Assembly: GCA_046563655.1 (NCBI GenBank) | Contig: CM102286.1 | Coordinates: forward strand, 1,612,001-1,676,000 | DNA from: Yuukianura sp. NJ FZ-2021 | Lineage: Eukaryota | Length of the DNA: 64,000 nucleotides | Direction of reading: 5' to 3' | Part shown: positions 50,805 to 63,870 of the stretch, piece by piece | How the letters are laid out: each line of letters opens with the position of its first letter | Position numbering within the stretch: the first letter of the stretch is position 1 | The notes under the pieces: generated by a model | What the model was told of the DNA's origin: nothing | Seen by the model: only the letters and a program-made list of their open reading frames with translations | The model's database searches: none | Position numbers and translations under genes: made by a program

Positions 50805-52228
50805 ATGTTTTCAGAGTCTACTACGAAACAGTTTTTTCAAATTTTAAGCATTGCTGAAAAGTGCATGTTGTCGGCGTTGCCGCGCAACGTCAACAATATG
50901 CGTAAATTGCAAAAGTTCAAGTACTTTGGTCTCTACTACTTGGGAATAACCTACTACACGATGGATATCATTTACCTAACATTCGCGGTCTCTCAGCTTT
51001 ATGAAGATCCAAAATGTACTGCCGAAGTATTCTTCAATGTTACGTTACATTGGGGCACAAGGTCGCTAGCTCTGCTGTTCCAGTACTACACCATTTGGTT
51101 CAGCACGGAAATTTTGGCATATCTGGAACAAGTTTTTGTCCTGCATCGAAAACTGCAAGGTATACATACACAGGAACAAGGTTGTTTTTAAATCAAAATT
51201 TCGCTTATTTTTTCTCAAAAGGTTGTTCCATAACTCCTTGTTTCTTGTTTTTTAATTTACGGCATTCGTACAAAGGGCCGCTATACCAACCTTTTACAGG
51301 AATTTCAAATTTTCAGAAAAAGAATTTTGAAGTTTCTTTTCGTTTCAGGAGAATTTGATGGAGAACATTTGCTGAAAGATTCGAATTCACAAGATACAAC
51401 TCGCCTAATGAAACTGGCTGCATTTGGAATTAAGTACTATGCATTCTTACCAGCAATCAATGTACTGACTAATGCTGCCAGCCCACAGTACTGGAGCGGA
51501 CAAATTTTTCCGCCAAACATTTACGGATCCATTCCATGGAAAATTGTGCTTTTTTGTATCGAATGGTACTTGACTCAAAGTGGCGCATTTATCGTCATCT
51601 TTGTTCTGACCATGACGATCCTCAACGTTTCATTCCTCAGATACTGGCTCTCAATACTCACGTACGATTCGATTCGAAAGGATATTTCGATCCAATTTTT
51701 TTAAAAAATTCATGACTAGCGAAAGTTTTTTTTAATGTTTCTTTTTTTTTTAAATTCAGCTCTAACATTGATCCAGGAGTGAATAATTCAGATGTTCCAC
51801 TCCAAAAATCTCTTGAAGTTTACCGCCAACTGACTTGCATCAACAGCACTCATGCAATGGCATTTAAAGCATTCCTTCGTTTTGCAATTCTCTATCTCCT
51901 TTACGTCACTGTCTTTTTAAATGTTGCGTTAATTCGTGTCAAAATTCCGCTTAATTTGACCCTGGCTATTGGATTTATAAATTTCGTTTGTTATTATTTT
52001 GCCTTTGTTTGGTTGCATAGCATCACTTATACAGTGGCCAAATCCCAAAAGTTCATCTCTTGCCTTGTGCAGACGCAGTCGTCTTTTTTCAAGAAAAGCG
52101 CTGTTTCCTGTCATCAACTGTCTGGAGAAAATGGATCACTTTTTAAATGTAGTGACCGAACAGCAGTTATTGTGTATTTTTCAATAGTGATGGATTATAC
52201 GGTCCAAGTTCTGCTTCTGGTACGATAA
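50805..52228 (+). CDS. gustatory-receptor-like 7TM chemoreceptor, copy 1
   Basis: Three exons with multiple TM helices. The C-terminus G.LF......IVYFSIVMDYTVQVLLL resembles TM7 of the arthropod GR/OR superfamily. The family assignment is by pattern only. Confidence 0.6.
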
Positions 52229-52481
52229 ATTTCGTCAAAAAATTTCGGCATAACGCCAATAATTAAATCACCGTAGAAAAGTCAGCAGTTACATGCATTT
52301 TTTTCGGATTTCCTGCTAAAAATTTCAACAAAATTTTAACTGAATAAAAGCTATAATAGAATAGGAAATGTTTCCAAATTGGACACAGATTGTGACCTGC
52401 TGCTTGTAGGTAGGAACAAGGCATAGCTGCTTAACAATTTTCTCTAACCTAGTAAGATATATTACAATATAATTATGTTAA

Positions 52482-54458
52482 TTAAAGCAAGTTTGACAAA
52501 ATAAATGACAAAATTAGCACTATGCTGGTATAAGTTTGGATCCGTCCGATGTTTCGAGCTGGTTCTGTTCGGGTCTGCCACATAATTTTGTCGCTGAAGT
52601 CAGAAAATTTTGATGTTTCGACCATCTTTTTAGAAGCAGAATTTGATATGTGCTTTTCATGACGAAGTTTGTGGTGGTGTCCAAAAAATTTGTAAAGTTG
52701 TTCTGGAGATATCCATTCCAAAAGAGCGTCCGACCACTCCTGTTGGTCAAAGCTACAAACACGCAGTGGAAGGTCATGCGTTAAGGTCTAAGGTCATTCG
52801 TAAAGATGAAGCGTCATATCATGAAATTGGTTTTCAATGCTTACCCATAAACATGCAATATTCTCCTTGTACGCGGCGCCGTATTTGCTTTGATTATTTT
52901 CAGAATTACTTTAAACCAAAAAAAATTTTTTTTTGTAAAGTTTCACCAACAAAAAGCTTTAAACTTTTCCCATAAAATATTCAATTTACCTTCATAAATA
53001 CGTGGAGCTGGAACACAAAAATATTGGTTTTGAAAGTATCCAATATAAATTTCACATTATAAATACTGAACTTATAGAAATTATGGAGTTTAATTTATAG
53101 AATTTATGAAGTTCCGCCTCTTAGCTCGCGCTATTGGTCGATTTCAAATCTGTGACGTCACTTTTCAAACTTTTCTCATTTATAAAACTTAAGTTTTATG
53201 AATTTTGTGTTTATGAATTTTGTAAATCTCAAAAGACGTCATTACTAGTCACAAAAACAAAGCTTTTAGGCTTATAAACACACAGTGTAATTTCCATAAC
53301 TGAAGAGTTTTGAAAGTGACGTCAGAGAATTGGAGTCAACCAATCGCCCGACTTGTTGAAATTGGCGGATGGGAACAAAAGAAGTAGAAAACCTTGAAAA
53401 AAATTATAATTCTCATAATTTCTGTAACTCAGTTATAAATTTCAGTTAAGCATTGCTTCTTTACTGTTAATAATGAAGACTGCTGCACTAAATTCTGGAT
53501 AGTTGTCTTCAACTATTTGTAGTAATTCTAGGCCCACTTTCATACACTCTGGACAAGTATGTTTACGGAGACTGAATCCATTGAGGTCAACGATCCCTAC
53601 CATTTGACTAAAATTGGAATTTCTGGCTTCTTCTAACACTTTTTCCATCAACTTTAAAAACGCTCGAGCAAGCAACTCGCGATTTCCAGTCAGAATCATT
53701 TTTCTAGTGTCAATTTCCGTAGATTTTATGAGAATTGCTGTAACGAGAAAAAATATGAGAATTTGAACAAATAAAAACAAATTTTCATGTATCCCGTTTT
53801 CCATAAAATGATTTAGGCAGTTCCAAATTTTGATATTCAAAATTCGAAACTACAAATATTTTACCTACTCGAGCGTCCAATTTTATCTTTTCCCCATGTG
53901 TGCTTCAAATCCTTATCCAACGGATTCGTTTCATTTACAATTCCATCAATATTATTTTCAGCACGCCATTTTAAATTCTACAAGGGAAAGAATGTTTCAT
54001 TAAGGTTTTAAACTAAATTAAATAATAATAATATATTATGTATTATCTAATGCATAATAATTTTAGCATATAGTATATTTGGTTTGTACTTTTAGAACCA
54101 TTTCTGCTGCCCGTTGTACATCAAAATCCGATGCTCGCAGAAATCGAAGTAGAAGCGCATCTTCAGTTTTATAACTTTTTGTTACATTTTTCTCAACTGC
54201 GAGCCGAAGCTTCATCAAATTAAAAAAAAACGTTAATAAATACACAAACAATGCTTTTGAATTTCGAAAAATTTTGTAGCTAAGCCCCCCTCAAAAAAAA
54301 AAGAAAAACTAAACAATTTTTTATATTTACAGATTTTACTTAAAGGGACTCACTTGTTGTAGAAGAATTTGATTCTTTTCTTCATTAGTGCCCGATTCAC
54401 TCACGCTGGAAACTGTAACAACTAAATTGAGCAATAAAACAATAAGTAAGAAATCCAT
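52482..54458 (-). CDS. CRAL-TRIO/SEC14-like protein H
   Basis: Starts MDFLLIVLLLNLVVTVSSVS; HTCPEC; EDNYPEF; ends YTSIVLILSFILSNLL*. Confidence 0.86.
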
Positions 54459-55452
54459 TTTGAGTTAAAATTTAAATTCAAAAGGACAAAACTAAACTAA
54501 AAAATAATAAATTACTTGTAGTGAAGAGACTGTGTGAATTCAAAAGCAATTTGTATTTGACCTTGAAAGAAATGAAAGGCTTTTGCTATCTAGCGAAAAA
54601 TCAACGCTACTTCTACTTTCCTGTTTTGTGACTTAAAATTTTCCCTTAAAACTAGTTTGAAAAACAGCCTTAATTACTTAATGTTAATAAGGTAGAATTG
54701 GCTTTGGCTTTCATATTTAAATTTTTAGCCATTCTTTTACGTCAGCAATAAATCTAAAGATTCAGAAATTCAACTTTTTTTCAGCCCTTTTCTCTTTGCC
54801 AAATTAAATTAATTGCGCCTCTTGAATCCAATAGCACCGAATATAAAATGCTTATTTTGCTATACTGCAAATGAAAGCAAAAAAGTTGAGAGATAAGTTT
54901 TGGTTTTGTCCCATTTCATGTTTTCAAAAATATGAAAGTTTAAAAAATTTTAAATTTTATTACCCAATATGTGTCTATTAATTAGTGAAAGCCACTTATT
55001 GATTTGACTCTGTCTATCTGTTCGTCTGACTGTCATTCCAATGGGTCAACTCTTTCCAGGTCAAAGGTCAAGGTTAACCGCAGCCTGTTGTAGAAAATAC
55101 AACTCGGTTTTCAAGGAACCTTAATATTTTTTTTCTTGGAAAATTAAGTAGATTGGTTTTTTGAATGTTGCCTAATAAGAATATGAAATACTAAAAACAA
55201 TCGGTTTCGTAATGTTGTTGACACAAAAGTGTTGAAATGGAGCTAGCAGGTTAGTTAGTCAAGCATAGTTCCTCCTATTTCATGTTATCAAAAAAATGAC
55301 TGGTGAAAATTTTTTATCAAGGCTGTCCCAGTTTTCAACAAATTTTTCAATTGGATAGAAAATTAGTTTAACAAAAGTGTTGAAAATACCTAGTACAACA
55401 AGAACTCTTTTAAGTGACAAAAATAGAAAAATACAGTAACAAATTACACAGA

Positions 55453-56789
55453 ATGTTTTCAGAATATTCCACACAAGCATTTTTTGCAATTCTGAGCAAC
55501 GCTGAAAAGCTGATGCTGTCAGCATTTCCTCGGAATGTAAAAAGTATGGGAAAATTTGAGAAGTTCAAGTACTTTGGCCTCTATTTTTTGGGAATAAGCT
55601 ACTACACAATGGACAACATTTACCTAACGTTCAGGATTTTTCAACTTTACGAAGATCCACAATGTACTGCCGCAGTATTTTTCAAGGTCACTTTTCATTG
55701 GGTCAGAAGACACTTCAATATCTCCTTCCAGTACTATGCGATTTGGTTCAGAACTGAAATTTTGACGTACTTGGAATATATTTTTGCCATGCATCGAAAA
55801 CTGCTAGGTACGCACCAACTTTCAAAAAACTTTCTCTATTTTCTAAATTTTCAGAAAACTTTATTTCTTTTTTAAATTTTTGTTTGATTAGAACAATTTG
55901 CTGGAGAGGAGCAGCTACAGGAGCTGTTACACGTTTCTGGTTCAGACGGTACGAGTCGCCTCATGAAAATGGGTGTGTTTGCAATGAAGTACTATGCATT
56001 CTTGCCAGCACTCAACGTAGTTATTGATGCTGCCAGTCCACAGTACTGGAGCGGCCAGTTCTTCCCGCCAAAAATTTACGGATCCATTCCATGGAAAATT
56101 GTACTCTTTTGTATCGAGTGGTACGTAATTCAAAGTGGCGTCTTTATCGTCTCATTCTTCTTTGCTACAATTATACTCAGCGCTTCATTTCTTAAATACT
56201 GGCTGACGTTTCTCAGGTAAAAAAAAAGAAATTCAAATTTTTTTTTCACTTTCTAAAATTGATTTCCGCAAAAGAAATTTAATTTTTTTTAGAATTTAAT
56301 GTTTTTTTTAACTCTAGGTCTACCATTCAATCAGGAGTAGATAATTCAGATGTTCTGCCTCTAAAACTTTTCGAAACTTACCGTCAACTGACTTGTCTCA
56401 ACAACACTTATATGATGGCATTTGGACCATTTCTTCGTTTTGCAATGCTTTTCCTCCTTTACGGCACTGTTGTTTTAAATATTGCTGTAATTCGTGCCAC
56501 TCACATTCCGTTTAACTTGACTCTGGTCATGGGATTTATGAATTTCATTTGTTATTATTCTGCTTTTGTTTGGTTGCGTAGCATCACTTGTACAGTGTCC
56601 AAATCCCAACAATTCATCTCTTGCCTTGCGCAGACGCAGTCCCCTTTTTTAAGAAAAAGTGCCATCTCTTGTCATCAACTGTCTGGAGAAAATGGATCAC
56701 TCGTCAAATGTAGTGAGCGTGCTGCAGTCATTGTGCATTTTTCAAAAGTGGCGGAATATACTGTACAAGCTCTTTTGCTGGTACGGTAA
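55453..56789 (+). CDS. gustatory-receptor-like 7TM chemoreceptor, copy 2
   Basis: Close paralog of 50805-52228 with the same three-exon structure. Confidence 0.6.
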
Positions 56790-57087
56790 ATTCGTATACG
56801 AATTACTTAATGCTAATAAGGCAGGACTGGCTTTCAAATTCATATTTGAACTTTTGTTCAACTCTATATTTTTTTCTGCCAATTAAATAAATTGCTGTTT
56901 TTGAATATGATACCAACGACCATAAAATACTAAATCCTAAATAAGCAATGGTTTTCTCCCGTTTATGTAAGAGGCTTGAAATAAAGGTAAAAGTTAAGTG
57001 ACCGCTATGTTTCAACCTTTTCTTGTTTTCAATACTATTAAACTTTAAAAAGGATTCGAATTTTATAACTCAATATGTGCCTACTAA

Positions 57088-57510
57088 ATAGCGAAAGCTA
57101 CTTATGATTTGACCTCGTCGTCGGCCTGTCTCTCTGTCTGGCGGTTGGTGGTAATTATCTCGGGCATAGCTACATATTTCTGGGATCTTCTTTCACCCGT
57201 ATACCTGTTGACCCCCGGAAGTTCACTATTGAGTTCGCATGGGTCTACTCCATCCGGGTCAAAGGTCAAGGTCAACCGCTGTTATCCCCGGTAATATGGA
57301 AAATCACCCTTACAAAAAGTTGTCCGTCTGTCTCAACGAGTTCAACAACCATTGCGTGCATCACATGACCCAAAGTGACCTCTTTCTTGGTCAAACGTCA
57401 ACCTTGTTCATTTTACCGTTCATAGCCACGGTGCGTTATACGTTCGCCATGGTGTCTAAACGAGACAACCGTCTACAAATGCAGTTCTTTCGCTACTTAC
57501 GTGCACAAGT
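57088..57510. mobile_element. HINE/DINE-1-like interspersed repeat
   Basis: Subterminal inverted repeat TAGCGAAAG / CTTTCGCTA, a CTGT-rich tract, and homology to 38878-39272. Confidence 0.55.
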
Positions 57511-57859
57511 TTACAAATGAAACAATCTGATATGTTGGCATCGTTGTGGCTTTTTTTAATTAATGTCTTCCGACTGTTCACCCTATTTTCCGTTGCAATA
57601 AAAAATTAGGGAACAGTGTAAGAACATCCCGGTAGCAGGGAAAGCTTTCCTCTTTTTTTAATTTGACACTTTAGAAGCATTAACTAACTAGAAAAAGGTA
57701 AAAATTCAAATTAAAACGATAATAAAGGTTTTGTTTTACAACCGTTTCGCACTTTTCCATAAATTTTTCGGTTGGATAAAGAAATAGAGAAAAGTGTTGA
57801 AAAGTACATATATAAAACTTTTCTACAAACTTGCAACATTCGGTAACAAATTGAGCAAA

Positions 57860-59403
57860 ATGTTGTCAGAGTATTCTACAAAAGCATTTTTCACAACTTT
57901 GAGTAATGGAGAAAAGTTGATGTTGTCGGCATTTCCGCGCAACGTCAAAAGTATGCGGAAATATGAAAGGTTCAAGTACTTTGGTCTATATTTTTTGATA
58001 ATAAGCTACTACACAATGGACGTCATTTACCTTACCATCCGTATTTCTCAACTTTATGAAGATCCACAATGTTCTGCCAGAGTATTTTTGAAAGTAACTT
58101 TTCACTGGGCCAGAAGACTCTTAAATCTCCTCTTGCAGTACTACACGATTTGGTTCAGAACTGAAATTTTGACGTACTTGGAGCAAGTTTTTGCCCTGCA
58201 TCGAAAACTGCAAGGTATGTGTACACCAAGGTCCGTAAACACTAAAATAGTTTTTTCTTCAACAGGTTAGGAAATAACTAGAATATAACTAAATAAATTT
58301 TGTTAAAAAGTTAGCAAAACTTGCTTCACCGTGCCTTCCTATGGCAATGATTCATATGTAATCAAATGGATTGGCGGAAAAAATTGGTCGGGGTGGGATT
58401 TTACGTAAACCGGACTTATTGTCAAACCTGCTAAAGGAAAACTATTTCGTTGCTACAGGAACCTTAGTACATACCAAACTTAAATTTCCCGAAAACTTCT
58501 TATTTTTGTAATTTTTGAAATCTTTAAGGACAATTTGCAGAAGAACAGGAGGAGGAGGAGTTGCTACAAGCTTCGGGTTCACAGCATACGAATCGCCTCA
58601 TGAAAATGGGTCTGTTTGCAATGAAGTACTATGCATTCTTGCGAGCACTCAACGTAGTTATGGATCCTACCAGTCCACAGTACTGGAGCGGCCAGTTTTT
58701 GCCGCCAAAAATTTACGAATCCATTCCATGGAAAATTGTGCTCTTTTGTATCGAGTGGTACTTGACTCAATATGGCGTCTTTATCATCATATTCCTCTTT
58801 GCTACAAAAATGCTCAATGTTTCATTCCTTACATACTGGCTCACATTTGTCAGGTAAAAAATGGATTCAAAAATGAATTTTTATTAAAATTTTATTTCCG
58901 TGGAAGAGATTTTGGAAATTTTCAAATCTAGGTCTGCCATTCAGCCAGGATTGAACGATCCATATGTTTCGCCTCTGAAACTTTTTGAAACTTACCGCCA
59001 AATGACTTGTCTCAACAATACTTATGTGATGGCGTTCGGACCATTGCTTCGTGTTTCAATTCTTTTCCTCCTCTACACCACTGTTATTTTAAATATTGCT
59101 TTAATTCGCGCCACACACATTCCGATTACTTTTACTCTGCCCGTGGGATTTTTAAATTTCTGTTGTTACTACTCTGCCGTTCTTTATTTGCGTACCATCA
59201 CTTGTACAGTGTCGAAATCCCAAGAATTCATCTCTACCCTTGGGCAGACGCGGTCGAATTTTTTAAGAAAAAGTGCCATTTCATACCGACAACTATCTGG
59301 AGGAAATGGATCACTCTTTAAATGTAGTGGGCGTGCTGCAGTCATTGTGTATTTTTCAAACGTGGCGGAATTTACTGTCCAAGGTGTGCTATTGGTAGGG
59401 TAA
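57860..59403 (+). CDS. gustatory-receptor-like 7TM chemoreceptor, copy 3
   Basis: Close paralog with the same three-exon structure. Confidence 0.6.
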
Positions 59404-60118
59404 ATTCGTAGAAATATTTGCTACATAGTGTGTATGTTATGTAGTACATGATGAATATGTTCTGAACATAATGCGTTTGTTCTGTACATAATGTGTAACA
59501 TTTCGTTCAGGAACAACTTTATTTAAAAATTTACTGCAATTAAAAATGATAAAAATGTGGTTTTTCCAAAGTACTCATAATATTATAATTCTTCGCGGCA
59601 AGGCAAGGTAAAAAAAATTATGAACTAAGCTAATCCTCACGTTAGCATTTGGAAAAATGTATTCTACCTGTTTTTAACTTTGAATTTGTGTTATAAAAAG
59701 TAAAATCTGCACCACCATGATGAAGTAAAACACATAAGTACTTTAGTGTGTGACCTAAATTTAAAATAAAGTTAAAATTTCACAGGAATAAAGTTTTACT
59801 CTTGCCGTGATAAGGAAAATAATAAATTGTAGTTTCAGTGTTGAAAATCCAGATTTTTTCTTGGATTTTTTTGTTACTTCAGGAAAAGTCTCATTGAATT
59901 TTTTTCTTCGCAAATCAGGAAACGAGTTTTTCTCAAGTTAAAAAAATACTAAGGTCACAGCGTATTTTCCATTTCGCATCTCTGGGAACTTTTGTTTACT
60001 GGATTCAATCTGTGTGACCAATTCTTGACTCGATCCAGTCTTGAAACATAAGTTGATTCAAAATCTATCTCCAGAAAAAAGAATTTGGACAAAAATTTGA
60101 AAATTTAAAATTAACGAA

Positions 60119-61421
60119 ATGACGGAACAACCAATCCGCTTGGACTTTTTTCCTTCTACGGAAGAAGTTGCAGTTGGAAAACGTTTGAAAGTGACCTTCC
60201 GATACCCGGATACAGATCATCCCATTTATGGAAAAGCAGTTGACCTTGAAGGAGAAGTTGACCTCATCATTCCTCAAGGGTAAGCATTTCGAGTTTCAAA
60301 ATTTCACGGAATTTTCAAAAATTGAGTTTTGGGAAGTTTCCCGCACTTTGCAAAACGCGAATCCACTCTAAAAGTGATAATTTTGAATTGATTTTTGCCG
60401 GTTTAGGTCGTATCCAATATCAAATTTCTATCAAATGGGAGCCACAGAACAAGACGAGCTGCTTGAAAATTATGTTCGACGACTGCGCAAACTCCATGAA
60501 GACTTGGACGATATAGAGATGAAAAGCCGGTTCCGTGATTGGCTAGTGACTTGCTGCCTCGTTTGCCCATTGATGGACGCTCGTTCAGACCTTTTCAAAT
60601 CTGTTTCAAACGTTTTTGCGATTGTTTTCCACATTGATGATTTGGCCGACGATGAAGAAATGATGCACGAAATAGGCCTAACTACTTCTGCTATTTACCG
60701 TTGTTACCCTAGTTGGGCAGGGATTTTTACCACTGGTGATACCAAATATTACGAAGAACTTGTTCTGAGATTCCCACTGTTAAAAACTGGATTCGATCAC
60801 ATGACGACTACGCTGGAAGATACGATTAAGATGGATCCAGGACTACGACTGAGACTAAAGTATATGCACCGCTCTTTTTTTGAATCAGCTGAAACTGTCC
60901 CGCTAGTTACAATTGACATGGAATGTGAAGGGGAAACTTTGTCAGAAGAATCGATGAAACTTGTACGTGGACTCAACGCGGGATTTCAAATTGCGTTAGA
61001 ATATATCGCAGCACTACAAGGAATTGAACTTTGCGAAAAAGTGCGCCAGAGTCTCCTGTTTGAAATTTTTATCAACGGCTACAACCTGGGCTCTGGACTG
61101 TTCAATGACATTTTTGGATTGAACAAAGATGTGGCCAAGTCTGCGTCAACGGACAACTGCATTTTGCGTAGAGTTGTAGGAGAAGGAATGTCGCTCAAAG
61201 CAGCCTTGGACAAAACTTTGAAACTGCTGCGTGATACGACGAATGATACTCGACTGGCGGGAAAAAAGTTGATTGAAGCCTTTCCCGGTGAAGAATCGGT
61301 TGCAAAATTTGTGCGAACTGCGGAAATAATTTACGATGGTCAAATTCTTTCGTATTTACTCCTGTTTAAACTTAAGGGACGTTATGGATCCATTGGTTTT
61401 CAAATTGTTTCGCAGGATTAA
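60119..61421 (+). CDS. class I (microbial-type) terpene synthase, ~391 aa
   Basis: Exons 60119-60279 and 60407-61421 joined in frame by a GT-AG intron. FHIDDLADD (DDxxD), VRGLNAG (PPi-sensor Arg), FNDIFGLNKD (NSE/DTE variant), C-terminal RY. Confidence 0.85.
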
Positions 61422-62128
61422 TCCGATTAGTTTAAATCGTTAGTTCTATCATCTTGTTCGTTAATTGAAGTGTCTAGTATGTCAAGTAATTAAAATTAAA
61501 GGTTAACTAGAGTCCCGGATTAACTTTTAGTTTTAAGCGGTGGTTTTCAACTAAATTTTAAATTTACTTTGGAGTTGAACGAAGGAATGCAATTTTCCCG
61601 CGCTAAAACTTTTTTGAATTTGAAATGCAAAATGACGGTGAGAAGACGATAAGATTACTAGAACTCAGCAGCAACTGTGCAAAATCATGATTTGAAAAAG
61701 CTTGATTTACAAGTAATTGATTGATAAAGTGTAATGGATAGTCTTAGTTTAGTTATCATAATTTAGAGCTATTAAGTTAATCGGTAATTGAAGTACATTA
61801 TCTACTGGGGTGCCCTAGTGTTCCACCGTGGAAAGTTACAGAAACTTCCGGGTATTTCCTCCCGAAAACCCGCGTAGTTTTAACTTCGTTGGTTTTAAAT
61901 TTTTTCCGCATTCAGTTTTTTAGAAGACAACAAATGATCAGCAGTGAACTAAATTTTTTTCGAATCCTTTCTTCCGTGCGAAATAGTAACTGGTTAATCG
62001 AAAATACGTTGATAATGGGATAATAATTTATTGGCATTAATTTGTTAATTGCATTTTAATTTTATAGGAGTATTGAGCATATCATTATCATCCACTCGGT
62101 TCGTTAGTTTTAGTTTAGTAACAAAATA

Positions 62129-63870
62129 ATGGACACGTTTTTTGGAGCCACTGCGATTCAGCTGGAACCACATGATCGATTTGATAGTCAAGATGAACGA
62201 TTATCAATGGTACAGGAAGGAGGAATCGGGTAAGTTTACTTGAAAGTAGTACTTTCTAGAATACCTCTTGTACTTGTTACTGCGTTAACTTGAGCCGTGT
62301 TATTATCTCAATTGCAGTTATTTTATGACGTCATCGTCATGGAATGCTGGATATTGCAATACCTGACCTTTTGTCAAGGTTAAGTGACTCTTGATCTTTG
62401 AACTTTCAGATACATCCTGCTCCAGCCATCTGACGAAAATCCGAATAGTATAACAATGTACATCAATACAGGATCACAGGAGATTGCTGAACCAACTCAT
62501 GCCACACTAACAGTGGAATCGACAAATCCTGAAACCAATCAAAAACAGGTCCAACGATTCAAGTGCGAATATGACGGATGTACCAGGACGTATTCGACTG
62601 TTGGCAATCTTAAAACTCATTTGAAGACTCACAAGGTACTACTACTATTTACTTTGAATTCCAGCACAAGAATAGTCAATACAATTTCATCAATTTTATT
62701 TCTTTCAGGGTGAATATAAGTTCACATGTACCGTCGACAACTGTCACAAACAGTTCCTCTCCAGCTATTCACTGAAAGTTCATGTCCGCGTTCATACGAA
62801 GGTGAGGTTTTCCATTTTTTAACAACCAATTTTTGAAAAACATGACACTAAAGTTGAACATTTATAAAAATACCACCGTTATTAGGACAAACCCTTCAAG
62901 TGCACTGTGGACTCATGCGACCGTGCCTTCACGACACTTTATCGACTAAAAGCACATCAACGTCTACACGATGGCAATACTTTTAATTGCGACAGCTGTT
63001 CGAAGCACTTTACAACACTATCTGATTTGAAGAAGCATTATCGAACGCATAATGGAGAGAGGCCTTTTAGGTCAGTCGATTTTCAAATTCTCTTAGTTCC
63101 AGTGTAGTTATCCAAATTTTGTAAAATTGACATTGTTTTTCAGATGTGCCGTTACGAACTGTGACAAGAAATTCTCGGCCTCCCATCACCTCAAAACCCA
63201 TACCCGTGTCCACACCGGAGAACGGCCTTACATTTGCCCACTGTGCGAAAACAAAAGTTTCGCTACACAAACCAGTCTCAAGGCCCATGTCCTCAAGAAA
63301 CACGGATCTGGAAGAGATGCTGCTGGTACTGGCGGCAGTAGTTCGGGTGACGACACGTCTATGTCAATTGTCTTTGATGAATCAGAACTTGAAGAACTGG
63401 AGCGTCTTCTGGGTGTCCCGCTGGAAAAATTCGATCACAGTGTCAAGGTCGAACAGCTCAAGAACGTCGGGGACTCAAACGACTGCAAGTGCAAGAAATG
63501 TTGCAAGACAAATTGCCAACCGGATTGCTGTTGCCTCAAAACTTTGGACAAACTGAAGAAGTTCATGGAGACAAAGAAGGTTTGTATCTGCCCATGTCCA
63601 GAAGAGCCTTCAGGATTCAAATTAGTGGAGCCTTCGAATTGTATTATCTTAGAAGAGGAACAACCACCGACCTATTCAATGCCAAATGAAGAATGGATTT
63701 GTTCCACTCCTGGATGCACTGTCACGTCACCGTGTGACATTTGTAAAGACTTGCTACAAGCAGCAGCCACTTCAAAACCCGTCCTTGACTACCAACTTCC
63801 ACCAGATGATGGAAAGACTGTTGATGAAGAAATTGCAAGTTTTCTTAGTTCGTTGCCTAGCTCATTTTGA
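62129..63870 (+). CDS. MTF-1: metal-responsive transcription factor 1
   Basis: [51 protein letters not shown], six C2H2 fingers ([41 protein letters not shown]), and a Cys-rich C-terminus. Confidence 0.92.

Noticed and set aside
60119..61421. Terpene synthase as bacterial or fungal contamination
   Set aside because: It has an in-frame GT-AG intron, host-like AT-rich flanks and contiguous animal genes.
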